Source of the DNA: a virus
Taxonomy: Duplodnaviria; Heunggongvirae; Uroviricota; Caudoviricetes
Virus record (IMG/VR): IMGVR_UViG_3300027659_000024
Length of the DNA: 64,000 nucleotides
Direction: 5' to 3' (one strand)
The notes beneath the pieces were generated by a model. The model did no database searches and was not told where the DNA came from. It saw only the letters and a list, made by a program, of their open reading frames with translations. The position numbers and the translations under genes were made by a program. This document shows, piece by piece, positions 30,657 to 39,710 of this stretch (position 1 is the first letter of the stretch; each line of letters opens with the position of its first letter).

Positions 30657-30701
30657 TATGATATGATGTGTTGCGTAAAAACAACAAAACAAGGAGGAAG
30701 T

Positions 30702-30989
30702 ATGGGTAAGTTACAAACTTTTGAATTCGATGATCTAGAAGAGGCACAAGAAAAGTTTCCTGATTTTAACTTTGATGATTTAAAAGATCAAGAAGAATCT
30801 GCGGGTAAACATGATTGCACTAATTACTACGGGTATGCCTTCAATGAAGAAGGGACTTTGGCGTACTCCGTAAGCTACTCTTGTTCCTATAATTGGGGTA
30901 TTGATTGTGTGATTGTACTCGGCCCATATAAAGTCGAAGAAGAAGAAGTCACCATTACTCGATATAAGTATACACCTGTGGAGAAATAA
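30702..30989 (+). CDS. hypothetical acidic protein
   Basis: SD AAGGAGGAAG before ATG 30702. Confidence 0.5.
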   Translation: MGKLQTFEFDDLEEAQEKFPDFNFDDLKDQEESAGKHDCTNYYGYAFNEEGTLAYSVSYSCSYNWGIDCVIVLGPYKVEEEEVTITRYKYTPVEK

Positions 30990-31472
30990 ATGAAATACAT
31001 TGAAGGTGATTTGATTGAACTGTTTGAGCAAGGTGAGTTCGATGTACTTGTCCACGGTTGTAATTGCAGAAAAAAAATGAAAAGCGGTATTGCTGCTCAG
31101 ATTGTCGAAAAGTATCCTCCGGTGAATGACGCAGATCTACTCTCTAATGACAACGCAGAAGAGAAACTGGGGTCTTTTGAGTGTGTTCTAATATCTGAAA
31201 AAGATTGTAAATCTATAATCAACGCTTACACTCAATTGAATTACGGCAGAGATAAAAACATTGTTTACGTTAGTTATCCCGCTGTCAGATCAGTCTTTAG
31301 AGCGATAACTAGTTATGCTTTGAATTTTCAAAAAGCTTACGGTTACAAGTACCGATTTGGTATTCCTAAAATTGGTTGTGGTCTAGCAAACGGAGATTGG
31401 GATATTGTAAGTAGAATCATTGCAGAAGAAACCATAGGTTTAGATATAACTGTTGTTGAGTATAAAAAATAA
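30990..31472 (+). CDS. macro-domain protein (ADP-ribose binding or processing, putative)
   Basis: IEGDLIEL...DVLVHGCNC...KSGIAAQI...FGIPKIGCGLANGDW loosely follows the macro-domain pattern GDIT..DAIVNAAN..GGGVxGAI..AFPAISTG. Confidence 0.45.
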   Translation: MKYIEGDLIELFEQGEFDVLVHGCNCRKKMKSGIAAQIVEKYPPVNDADLLSNDNAEEKLGSFECVLISEKDCKSIINAYTQLNYGRDKNIVYVSYPAVRSVFRAITSYALNFQKAYGYKYRFGIPKIGCGLANGDWDIVSRIIAEETIGLDITVVEYKK

Positions 31473-31489
31473 TTTTAACAAGGAGAGTT

Positions 31490-33220
31490 ATGGGTGAATT
31501 TTTAAGACACGAATCGTGCCCCGCTTGCGGATCGTCTGACAATCTTGCAAGATACGATGATGGGTCTGCATTTTGTTTTGGGTGTGAATACGTAGAAAAA
31601 GAAAACAAATCAATGAGAAAAGGGGAAAAAATGCAGGAAAAAAACAATAAAAGTGAATCAAAAGAACTAAAGCCGATCATCACTACAGAAACAGCGCAAG
31701 ATATTAAATCAAAAACAAAAAGTAAAGGTTTAGGGTACAGAGGTATTAAAGATGAAGTATTGTTGTATTTCGGTGTAAGAACAGAGTATTCAGACGATGG
31801 TGAAATCTCAGCAGTGTACTACCCTATCACTTATGAGTCAGAACTTTCTGGTTATAAAATAAGAAAGCACCCGAAGATTTTTTCATCTATAGGCAGGACA
31901 GGTGCCGAATGTGATTTGTTTGGTCAATTCAGATATAAAACAGGCGGTAGAATTTGTTTACTAGTCGGTGGCGAACACGATCAATTAGCGGCATACCAAA
32001 TACTAAGAGAATATCAGTTGTCCAGAGGTAAAGATCAATACGACCCCCCTGTTGTAGTATCTCCTACGGTTGGAGAAACTTCAGCAAAAAAACAAATAGC
32101 GAATCATTATTCCTTTTTTGATCAATTTGAAAAAATTATTATCGCTTTTGATAATGACAAAGCTGGTAAAGAGGCGACTGAAAAAATCATACCTGTGTTA
32201 CCTAAAAACAAAGTATACATTATGGAAATGCGACACAAAGATCCGAATGAGTACTTGTTAAAAAGTGATTCAGCAAAGTTCATCAATGAATACTATTCGG
32301 CTAAAAAATACGTACCATTAGGTGTGGTGGGAAGTAATGAGATATCAAACGATATGAGACAAGAACTTAGTGTTGAAAAAATACCACTTCCTCCTTTTAT
32401 GTGGAAACTACAGGAAATGATGGCCGGAGGGATTCCTTTGGGTAGGATTGTAAATCTAGGCAGTGCTTCGGGTACAGGTAAGAGTACTATTGTAGATGAA
32501 ATTATTTACTACGAGATTTTCAATTGTCCTCACAGATTTGGTATTGTAACTTTAGAAAGTACTTGTGGTCAATATGGTATAAAACTATTGTCACGACACA
32601 TTGGGAAAAAGATAGAGCTTTTGCCAAATGATCAAGCTTTAGAATTACTAGAATCTGAAGAAGTAAAAAAGAAAGAATATGAATTATTCAATACTGAAAG
32701 TGGTGATCCTAGGTTTTACTTAGTTGATAATAGAGATGGTGATGTAGAAGACATAAAGGGTGCCATTGAAAATCTGATAATTTCTTGTGAATGCAAAGTT
32801 GTTGTGCTTGATCCGATCCATGACATCGTAGCAAGTCTAAGTCTAGAAGAGCAAGAGGATTTTGATAAATGGTTAAAAGGTATGATCAAGTCTCATGGTG
32901 TTACTTTCTTAAACGTTTGTCACACTCGTAAAACAGGTGGTGGTCAAAAAGCTGGAAGCACTGGTGCTGACTTACATGAAGAAGATATCATGGGGTCAAG
33001 TAGTCTTTACAAATCAGCAGCGTGTAATTTGATGTTTGGTCGTGATAAAGAAAACGAAGACTACATTGTCAGAAACACAACTACAATGAAAGCGACTAAA
33101 ATCAGATGGACAGGTAAGACAGGGATAGCTGGAAAGTATTTCTACGATATAGAAACCCACACAATGCATGACTTAGATGATTTCTTACAAAATAATCCGC
33201 AAGTTAATTCAGATTTTTAA
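31490..33220 (+). CDS. primase-helicase, T7 gp4-like (zinc ribbon, TOPRIM, DnaB-family helicase)
   Basis: CPACGSSDN...CFGCEY zinc finger. TOPRIM IIAFDNDKAGKEA. Walker A GSASGTGKST, Walker B VVVLDPIHD. Confidence 0.9.
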   Translation: MGEFLRHESCPACGSSDNLARYDDGSAFCFGCEYVEKENKSMRKGEKMQEKNNKSESKELKPIITTETAQDIKSKTKSKGLGYRGIKDEVLLYFGVRTEYSDDGEISAVYYPITYESELSGYKIRKHPKIFSSIGRTGAECDLFGQFRYKTGGRICLLVGGEHDQLAAYQILREYQLSRGKDQYDPPVVVSPTVGETSAKKQIANHYSFFDQFEKIIIAFDNDKAGKEATEKIIPVLPKNKVYIMEMRHKDPNEYLLKSDSAKFINEYYSAKKYVPLGVVGSNEISNDMRQELSVEKIPLPPFMWKLQEMMAGGIPLGRIVNLGSASGTGKSTIVDEIIYYEIFNCPHRFGIVTLESTCGQYGIKLLSRHIGKKIELLPNDQALELLESEEVKKKEYELFNTESGDPRFYLVDNRDGDVEDIKGAIENLIISCECKVVVLDPIHDIVASLSLEEQEDFDKWLKGMIKSHGVTFLNVCHTRKTGGGQKAGSTGADLHEEDIMGSSSLYKSAACNLMFGRDKENEDYIVRNTTTMKATKIRWTGKTGIAGKYFYDIETHTMHDLDDFLQNNPQVNSDF

Positions 33221-33238
33221 GATAAGAAGGAGGGATTA

Positions 33239-35395
33239 GTGAAAGATATAGAAAAAAAATGGTTCGAAGGAGATTTCATTTTTGACCTTGAGACTTATAA
33301 AAATATTTTTACATTTTGTATTATAAGAGCAGACGGTAAACATTTAAAAGTTTTTGAAGTATCTGATAGAAAAAATGAAACTGAAAAAATACTAAACGCA
33401 TTAAGATACCTCAGGGATAACAAATGTCGAATGGTTGGTTTTAACAATTTAAATTTTGATTATCCGATTCTTCATTTCATCATGAGTGACGCAATTAGAG
33501 CAAAAAAGGCAAATATACCTTTTAGTTTATCAGCAGCAAAATGTTATTCTCTAGCACAAGAACAAATTGCTTCGTTTGATGGTGACGGATTTGGTAGAAC
33601 AATCATGGACAACGATGTGTATGTCAAACAACTTGATTTGTATAAAATTAACCATTTTGATAATAAAGCAAAAGCTACTTCATTAAAAATGTTAGAATTC
33701 AACATGAGAAGTGAAACGATTGAAGACTTACCTTACCATCACAGCACTGAACTTACTTCAGACCAAATGGATGTTTTGATTCAATACAACAAACATGATG
33801 TACTGCGAACTTTAGATTTTTACTATCATAATTATAACGCTATTTTGTTTCGAAAGACTCTTGGTGAAAAGTTAGGAATTGATTTTACGAATCATAATGA
33901 CACAAAGATTGGTAAAGATTATTTTATCCAAAAACTTGAAAAAGCAAAACCGGGATCTTGTTATAAAACAGTTGGAAACAGGAAAGTTCTAAATAGAACG
34001 GTTCGTGAAAGTATAAATCTATCGGATTGTTTATTTTCATATTACAACTTTAAAAGGCCAGAGTTTTCTGCTGTAAAAAACTGGTTTTCCAATCAAGTGA
34101 TTACAGAAACTAAAGGTGTATTTACAGATTTACCAGAACACGTTCTTGGTGATGTTGCTAAATATGCAGAGATGAAAGAGAAGAAAAAGAAATTCAAAAG
34201 CGAACCAACTGAAGAGGAAGTTCAAGAGTTTCTTAAAGTTTATCCTTGTGGTTGGGTTGATAAAGTCGAACTAAAAGCAAAAAAGAAAGGTGAAGTACAG
34301 TACTCTTATTGGAAAAAATGGAGAATTGCTACAAACCTTAATGTAGTAATTAATGGCTTCAGGTTTGACTTTGGTGTAGGTGGAATACACGGATCTCTTT
34401 CCTCTTCAATTGTAAAAATAAGTAAAGGTAAAAAACTTAAAGACGCAGATGTTTCGTCAATGTATCCCAATCTTGCTATTGCTAACAGAGTTTATCCTGA
34501 ACATTTAGGTGAAGATTTTTGTGATATTTATGAAGATGTTTATGTTCAGCGTCAATCTTACCCCAAAGGTACACCTGAGAATGCAGTAATGAAGCTTGCT
34601 TTAAATGGTGTCTACGGTGATTCAAATAATCAATTCAGTCCGTTCTTTGATTCCAAGTACACCATGACAATTACTGTAAATGGACAACTTTCTATTGCGT
34701 TGTTGACAGAAAGACTCATGGAGATCGAAGGACTCACGGTGATTCAGGTAAATACTGATGGTGTAACTTGTGAGTTGCCGGAAGATAAAACTGAACAATA
34801 CGACAGCATCTGTAAACAATGGGAAAAGGATACTGGTCTTGCTTTGGAGTTTGCTGAGTATCAAGCGATGTATGTTCGTGATGTAAACAACTACATTGCT
34901 GTTTACACAAACGGGAAAGTAAAAAGAAAAGGGGCATATCAATATGAAGAACTGGGTTGGCATCAGAATCATTCTTCTTTGGTTATACCAAAAGCTGTTG
35001 AAGCCTGTCTGGTAAATGGTCAAGATATTGCAGAGTTTATTATTAATCACAAAGACAAATGGGATTTTATGTTAAGAACAAAAGTTCCCAGATCTTCTAG
35101 ATTGGTCATGTCTTTGGAAGACGGATACGAAATACCCTTGCAGAATACTTGCAGGTATTACGCATCGAAAGAAGGGGGTAAATTAGTTAAAATCATGCCA
35201 CCAACAGAAAAACAGGTGTCAGAAGGTAAGACAGACGAAAGGAGGATTGGTTTAGAAACCTCTTGGAATGTAAGACCTTGTAACAACATGAAAGACTTCG
35301 ATGGGAAAATTAACTTTGATTACTACATAGAAGAGGCTGAAAAACTCGCTTCTTTACAAGCAAGTTCTGAAGAAGAAACAGAAAACGTTGAATAA
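33239..35395 (+). CDS. DNA polymerase with N-terminal 3'-5' exonuclease, family-B-like motifs
   Basis: Exo I IFDLETY, Exo II NNLNFDYPIL, Exo III YNKHDVLRTLDFY. Pol motif A DADVSSMYPNLA, motif B KLALNGVYG, motif C VNTDGV. GTG start with SD AAGGAGGG. Confidence 0.75.
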   Translation: MKDIEKKWFEGDFIFDLETYKNIFTFCIIRADGKHLKVFEVSDRKNETEKILNALRYLRDNKCRMVGFNNLNFDYPILHFIMSDAIRAKKANIPFSLSAAKCYSLAQEQIASFDGDGFGRTIMDNDVYVKQLDLYKINHFDNKAKATSLKMLEFNMRSETIEDLPYHHSTELTSDQMDVLIQYNKHDVLRTLDFYYHNYNAILFRKTLGEKLGIDFTNHNDTKIGKDYFIQKLEKAKPGSCYKTVGNRKVLNRTVRESINLSDCLFSYYNFKRPEFSAVKNWFSNQVITETKGVFTDLPEHVLGDVAKYAEMKEKKKKFKSEPTEEEVQEFLKVYPCGWVDKVELKAKKKGEVQYSYWKKWRIATNLNVVINGFRFDFGVGGIHGSLSSSIVKISKGKKLKDADVSSMYPNLAIANRVYPEHLGEDFCDIYEDVYVQRQSYPKGTPENAVMKLALNGVYGDSNNQFSPFFDSKYTMTITVNGQLSIALLTERLMEIEGLTVIQVNTDGVTCELPEDKTEQYDSICKQWEKDTGLALEFAEYQAMYVRDVNNYIAVYTNGKVKRKGAYQYEELGWHQNHSSLVIPKAVEACLVNGQDIAEFIINHKDKWDFMLRTKVPRSSRLVMSLEDGYEIPLQNTCRYYASKEGGKLVKIMPPTEKQVSEGKTDERRIGLETSWNVRPCNNMKDFDGKINFDYYIEEAEKLASLQASSEEETENVE

Positions 35396-35418
35396 TTTCA
35401 ATATTTTTTAAAAAAGAC

Positions 35419-35446
35419 TTGACATTTGTGGTTTTTATGCTACAAT
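35419..35446 (+). promoter_or_regulatory. sigma70-like promoter TTGACA-N16-TGcTACAAT
   Basis: Direct read. Confidence 0.55.
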
Positions 35447-35505
35447 ATGTCGAATAAGTGTTGTTTTTTAACAACATTATTTTAATCAAGAACAAGGAGG
35501 ATTAA

Positions 35506-35700
35506 ATGAGTACCAAACACGAAATCAATTTCAACTTTTCAATTAATAAAGGTTACTACGGATCAGAAGTAGTAAAGCTTTCCTTTACTGAATCTGTACC
35601 AGAAGGTAAACACCCCGTGGAATATCTAAGGGAAAGGCTTGGTGCAGAGATCAAGCGAGTCACAAAAGATGTAGAGTTCGATACAGAACTTTTAGTTTAA
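35506..35700 (+). CDS. hypothetical protein
   Basis: SD CAAGGAGGA. Confidence 0.55.
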   Translation: MSTKHEINFNFSINKGYYGSEVVKLSFTESVPEGKHPVEYLRERLGAEIKRVTKDVEFDTELLV

Positions 35701-35722
35701 TTAAATAAGGAGGACATAGCAC

Positions 35723-36385
35723 ATGCCTACAATTAGTGGTGTTTTAGTTTATACATGTATTCAACAACCTACTTTGAAATATCAAGACAAAGTAAATAAA
35801 GAGTTTAAAGTTTCAATCGTGATCGATGAAGATCAAGCTGACGACTGGAATGAAAAATTCAGCAAACAACCAGCAAAAGCAATTCGTACTTCTGAGTTCA
35901 AAGATGAATTTAAAATTGAGCCTCCATTTCCCGGTGAAAAGAAGCAATACGTTATCACACTGAAAAAGGATGCACAATACAAAGACGGAAATCCTCTACC
36001 TGAGAACCTGAAGCCTAAAGTGTACCTGTCAACCGGAACTGACGAATCAGGTAAAGTTCAAATGAAAGATATTACCAAAGACAAACTCGTTGGCAATGGT
36101 TCCGTTGGCGTTGTATCTTTTGAAACCTTGTCAAACGAGTATGGTGATTTTGCACGATTGAAAAACGTTCGAGTAGATACGCTTGTTGAATACCAACAGC
36201 GTGGTTCAGGGGACGATGATCTTGGTGCAGTAACTGACAATACTGATTCAGATTTTGATGATGTACCAAGTAAAGAACAAGATAAACCCAAATCGAAAAC
36301 AGCAACAAGTCCGAGACCTGATCGTAAAAGCAAATCCGTAAAAGATATTCCTGATGACAACCCAGACGATGACAGCCCTTTCTAA
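35723..36385 (+). CDS. single-stranded DNA-binding protein, T7 gp2.5-like (putative)
   Basis: About 220 aa with an acidic C-terminal tail ending ...DDDSPF (C-terminal Phe as in gp2.5). Located in the replication module. Confidence 0.5.
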   Translation: MPTISGVLVYTCIQQPTLKYQDKVNKEFKVSIVIDEDQADDWNEKFSKQPAKAIRTSEFKDEFKIEPPFPGEKKQYVITLKKDAQYKDGNPLPENLKPKVYLSTGTDESGKVQMKDITKDKLVGNGSVGVVSFETLSNEYGDFARLKNVRVDTLVEYQQRGSGDDDLGAVTDNTDSDFDDVPSKEQDKPKSKTATSPRPDRKSKSVKDIPDDNPDDDSPF

Positions 36386-36399
36386 TTAAAAATATCAAC

Positions 36400-36413
36400 G
36401 CCCCGAAAGGGGC
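36400..36413 (+). terminator. GC hairpin GCCCC-GAAA-GGGGC (weak U-tract)
   Basis: Direct read. Confidence 0.35.
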
Positions 36414-36429
36414 AATTAAAGGAGATTTA

Positions 36430-36636
36430 ATGAAAAATCTAATAAGTTTTGTTGTGTTGGTTGTAATATTGAGTGTGATTGCTCTGATTCCTTTGGCTAT
36501 CGTTTGGTCTTTAAACACACTGTTTTCTTTAGGTATACCTTACTCTTTCTGGTCTTGGTTAGCAGTTGTTATCTTGAATCTTACATGGTTAAGTAAACCA
36601 AACTTTACAAATCTAAAACCAACAAACAATAAATAA
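36430..36636 (+). CDS. small membrane protein (2 TM)
   Basis: SD AAAGGAGA. Confidence 0.5.
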   Translation: MKNLISFVVLVVILSVIALIPLAIVWSLNTLFSLGIPYSFWSWLAVVILNLTWLSKPNFTNLKPTNNK

Positions 36637-36650
36637 TAAAGGAGAAGACA

Positions 36651-36872
36651 ATGGCAACTGAAAACGAATATATCTCTCGAATGGAGGCAGTTTTTGCAGA
36701 GATTAATACTTTATCTGAAGACATCAAGCAGATTAAATCTGAAGCAAAGGATGAAGGTTTCAAACCTGCAAAACTACAAAAGATTGCAAAACTACGTGCA
36801 GATGCGAAAGTTCAGGCTTTTGTACAAGACGCAAAAGAGCTTGTTAGTTATATCGAACAACACAACATGTGA
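36651..36872 (+). CDS. hypothetical protein
   Basis: SD AAAGGAGAAG. Confidence 0.5.
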   Translation: MATENEYISRMEAVFAEINTLSEDIKQIKSEAKDEGFKPAKLQKIAKLRADAKVQAFVQDAKELVSYIEQHNM

Positions 36873-36875
36873 CAC

Positions 36876-36898
36876 AAAGGGGAGAAATCCCCTTTTTT
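36876..36898 (+). terminator. rho-independent terminator
   Basis: AAGGGG-AGAAAT-CCCCTT stem followed by TTTTTT. Confidence 0.6.
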
Positions 36899-36910
36899 AT
36901 TGGAGTAATT

Positions 36911-37948
36911 ATGAAAAAAAATTCAAAACCTACATTGTGTTTTGATTACGACTTTCTTTTGTTTCAATCTGCCTGTGTTACTGAAAAATCTCAAATAAGA
37001 GTTATCAACAAAATTACCTCCGAAGAAAAAGTATTTGATTCTAGAACCTCTTTCTACGGGCACTGGAAAAATAAAAACGGAGGATATTTAGCTGAGATAA
37101 ATAAATCTAGAAGTACTCCTTATTTAGTTGAAGACTTTATTATAGAAGATTTCAAAGAAACAGAACCTTTAGATAATGCAATCTATATTTTGAATAACTC
37201 CATAAAAAGTATTTGTTCTCAACTTGATACAAACAAGTACTACGGTTATACAGGTAGAGGTGATACTTTTAGACATTCTTTAGCTACGCTTTTAGAATAC
37301 AAAGGTAATAGAAAAGACTTAGTTAAACCTACACACTTAGAAGACCTTAAAGAGTATATTGAACATAAACACAATGCTGTCATTGTTACAGAATACGAGG
37401 CAGACGATTACTGTAGCATGGATGCTTGGTACTGCTTTAATAATTACAATAAAACAGGAAATGAAAAAGATAAGCTGATAAATGTAGCAGTTGATAAAGA
37501 TGCCAAAGGTGTTACTTCCTTTTTGTTTAATCCAAATAAAATGTTTGAGCCAATGAAAATTCAAGGATTAGGAACGATCTACCGAGAAGAAAAAGAGGTA
37601 CAAGGGGAAAGTCGAGCTTGGTTTTATTTTCAAGTTTGTGCAGGAGACACTTCTGATAACTACAATCCCGCTTGTCTTTCTGATTTGAAATCTGGCCCTA
37701 TAACTGCTTACGAAGCATTAGCGGGGTGTTCTACAGATAATCAATACTGGCAAGCAATGGTAAATCATTTTAAGAAACTGTATCCCAAGGAGGTCAAATT
37801 TACAAACTTCAGAGGTGATGAATTAACTGTAGACTGGAAATACGTTCTTCAAGAAATGGTTGATTTAGCACATATGAAAAGATGGGAAGAAGATAGGTTA
37901 ATTGTCAAAGATATTTTAGATAGATTAGAGGTTAAATATGACGATTGA
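36911..37948 (+). CDS. 5'-3' exonuclease or flap endonuclease (FEN family)
   Basis: N-terminal LCFDYDFLLFQSA (like LIDGnSLafR) and TEYEADDYC (EADD motif). Start moved to ATG 36911 after the terminator. Confidence 0.6.
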   Translation: MKKNSKPTLCFDYDFLLFQSACVTEKSQIRVINKITSEEKVFDSRTSFYGHWKNKNGGYLAEINKSRSTPYLVEDFIIEDFKETEPLDNAIYILNNSIKSICSQLDTNKYYGYTGRGDTFRHSLATLLEYKGNRKDLVKPTHLEDLKEYIEHKHNAVIVTEYEADDYCSMDAWYCFNNYNKTGNEKDKLINVAVDKDAKGVTSFLFNPNKMFEPMKIQGLGTIYREEKEVQGESRAWFYFQVCAGDTSDNYNPACLSDLKSGPITAYEALAGCSTDNQYWQAMVNHFKKLYPKEVKFTNFRGDELTVDWKYVLQEMVDLAHMKRWEEDRLIVKDILDRLEVKYDD

Positions 37949-38432
37949 CTTATTTACAGCTACCGATATTCAAAAAACAAGGGAAGTTTTACTTAAAGAG
38001 CAAAAAGGGCTTTGTAAAATAACAAACGAGGAAGTTGTAAAACCTTGCTTAGATCATGCTCACGATGAAACTCAATTGGTCAGAGGTGTTCTTTCCCACG
38101 GTATAAATATTTTCTTAGGTCAAATAGAAAATGCATACAAAAGAAGAGTTTCTTGGTGGTGTAAAATACCTCTACCTAAACTTCTCAGACTGATTGCTGA
38201 TTACTTAGACAGCACCGTTTCAGAAAATAGATACAGACACACCCACTGGATAAAGAAAATGCAAACGGAGTACAACAAGTTATCAGAAGGTCAGAAACGC
38301 TCTGTATTAGCTTCTTTTGACTTACCTGATGGTAGGAATACAGCAGAGAGAAAAAAGCTCTTCTACAGCGTTCTAAAGAGTAAACAGTATTCTTTCGAGC
38401 AGATTACAAAAATACTAAAGGAGATTAAATGA
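37938..38432 (+). CDS. endonuclease VII-like (His-Me finger) junction resolvase
   Basis: GLCKIT...PCLDHAHDETQLVRGVLSHGIN resembles the CxxC...DHDHxTGxxRG..C..CN pattern. Confidence 0.6.
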   Translation: MTIDLFTATDIQKTREVLLKEQKGLCKITNEEVVKPCLDHAHDETQLVRGVLSHGINIFLGQIENAYKRRVSWWCKIPLPKLLRLIADYLDSTVSENRYRHTHWIKKMQTEYNKLSEGQKRSVLASFDLPDGRNTAERKKLFYSVLKSKQYSFEQITKILKEIK

Positions 38433-39376
38433 AATACACAAGCGAAATAACAGATGGTATTTTAGAATTACATAATCAAGGATATTCTTCAAGGCAGATT
38501 GCTGTTGAACTCAATATAAGTAAATCAGGTGTAAATGATTTTCTAAAGAGAGTAAGAAATGGTGAACATATTGATTGGGGAATTCCTGAAACAAGACCTA
38601 AAATTCTTATATTTGATTTGGAAACAAGTGCAGCAGAAGTTTTAGCTTTTGGAAGGAATAAACAATTTATTTCTGACGATTCTGTATTGAAAGAGGGCGG
38701 TAAGATTCTGACTGCCGCTTGGAAGTGGCTAGGGGAAGAGCAGACTGAGTTTTTCGGTGATCTTAATGAAGTTGTTCAAGGATCTGATGAAACAGTTACT
38801 GCTGTTCTTTGGGATCTCTTTAATGAAGCTGATGCTGTAGTTGCTCACAATGCTCTGAACTTCGATGTAAAGGTTCTTAGAACACGTTGCCTAACAAATG
38901 GTCTACCTCCTTTGCCTACCGTAAAAATTCTTGATACACTAGTGATGGCAAAACGCAACTTTAGGTTCCCGACAAATAGACTCAATACTCTAGCACAGTA
39001 TCTTGGGTTTGGTGAAAAAGTCGATACAGGTGGAATCTCATTGTGGCGTGATGTACAATCTGGCGATCCAGAAGCTTTTCTTAAAATGATTGAATACAAC
39101 ATTCAAGATGTTGTTTTGCTTGAGAAAGTGTATCTTGCGTTGCGCTCTTACGGTCACGCTGGAAGTACTTTTAACCAAGGGCATTATCACACAGGTAAAG
39201 CAGTTTGTCCTGTTTGCGGTTCAGAAGATTTAGAGAAGACAGGTAGAGTAGTGTCAACAGCAGTCAGTCTTTTTGAAGAGATTCGTTGTGGTGGTTGTGG
39301 TGCTGTACATCGAACAAGACAGGCTGTTAACACGAGAGAAGAAAGAAGTAAACTTACAGTACCGATTTTAAATTAA
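38429..39376 (+). CDS. HTH domain plus DnaQ/PolB-type 3'-5' exonuclease plus C-terminal zinc ribbon
   Basis: HTH LHNQGYSSRQIAVELNISKSGV. Exo motifs ILIFDLETS, HNALNFDVKVL, YNIQDVVLLEKVY. Zinc ribbon CPVCGSED...CGGCGAV. Confidence 0.6.
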   Translation: MKYTSEITDGILELHNQGYSSRQIAVELNISKSGVNDFLKRVRNGEHIDWGIPETRPKILIFDLETSAAEVLAFGRNKQFISDDSVLKEGGKILTAAWKWLGEEQTEFFGDLNEVVQGSDETVTAVLWDLFNEADAVVAHNALNFDVKVLRTRCLTNGLPPLPTVKILDTLVMAKRNFRFPTNRLNTLAQYLGFGEKVDTGGISLWRDVQSGDPEAFLKMIEYNIQDVVLLEKVYLALRSYGHAGSTFNQGHYHTGKAVCPVCGSEDLEKTGRVVSTAVSLFEEIRCGGCGAVHRTRQAVNTREERSKLTVPILN

Positions 39377-39392
39377 AATTAATATTTGACAA

Positions 39393-39432
39393 AGCTCTAG
39401 TTCTGGCGTAAAGTCAGTCTAGGGCTTTTTTT
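39393..39432 (+). terminator. rho-independent terminator
   Basis: AGCTCTAG...CTAGGGCT stem followed by TTTTTTT. Confidence 0.55.
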
Positions 39433-39449
39433 ATTTATAAGGAGAAAAG

Positions 39450-39701
39450 ATGCTTCCGTTTGATGAAGACATGTCTATACAAGAAAAATTACAGTGGAGC
39501 ACATACCAATTAAAAGTCTGGGAAAAACTTATGGTGCAATTGACAAGAGCAGTAAATTCTGGCAACATGGCAAAAGTGGGGGTGATATATAATTTATTTT
39601 ACGCTTACGGTGATAGTATTTCTTCACAAGAGTTCGAGTTTGAATTAGAGAAGTTACTGCAACAGAAAGAGATATTTGACACAGCAAGAGATTTATTATA
39701 G
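39450..39701 (+). CDS. hypothetical protein
   Basis: SD TAAGGAGAAAAG. Confidence 0.5.
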   Translation: MLPFDEDMSIQEKLQWSTYQLKVWEKLMVQLTRAVNSGNMAKVGVIYNLFYAYGDSISSQEFEFELEKLLQQKEIFDTARDLL

Positions 39702-39710
39702 GAGAAAATA

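Noticed and set aside
30508-30747. 79-aa minus-strand ORF inside the divergent intergenic region.
   Set aside because: It has no SD, a hydrophobic low-complexity translation, and overlaps promoters of the plus-strand unit. Treated as non-coding.
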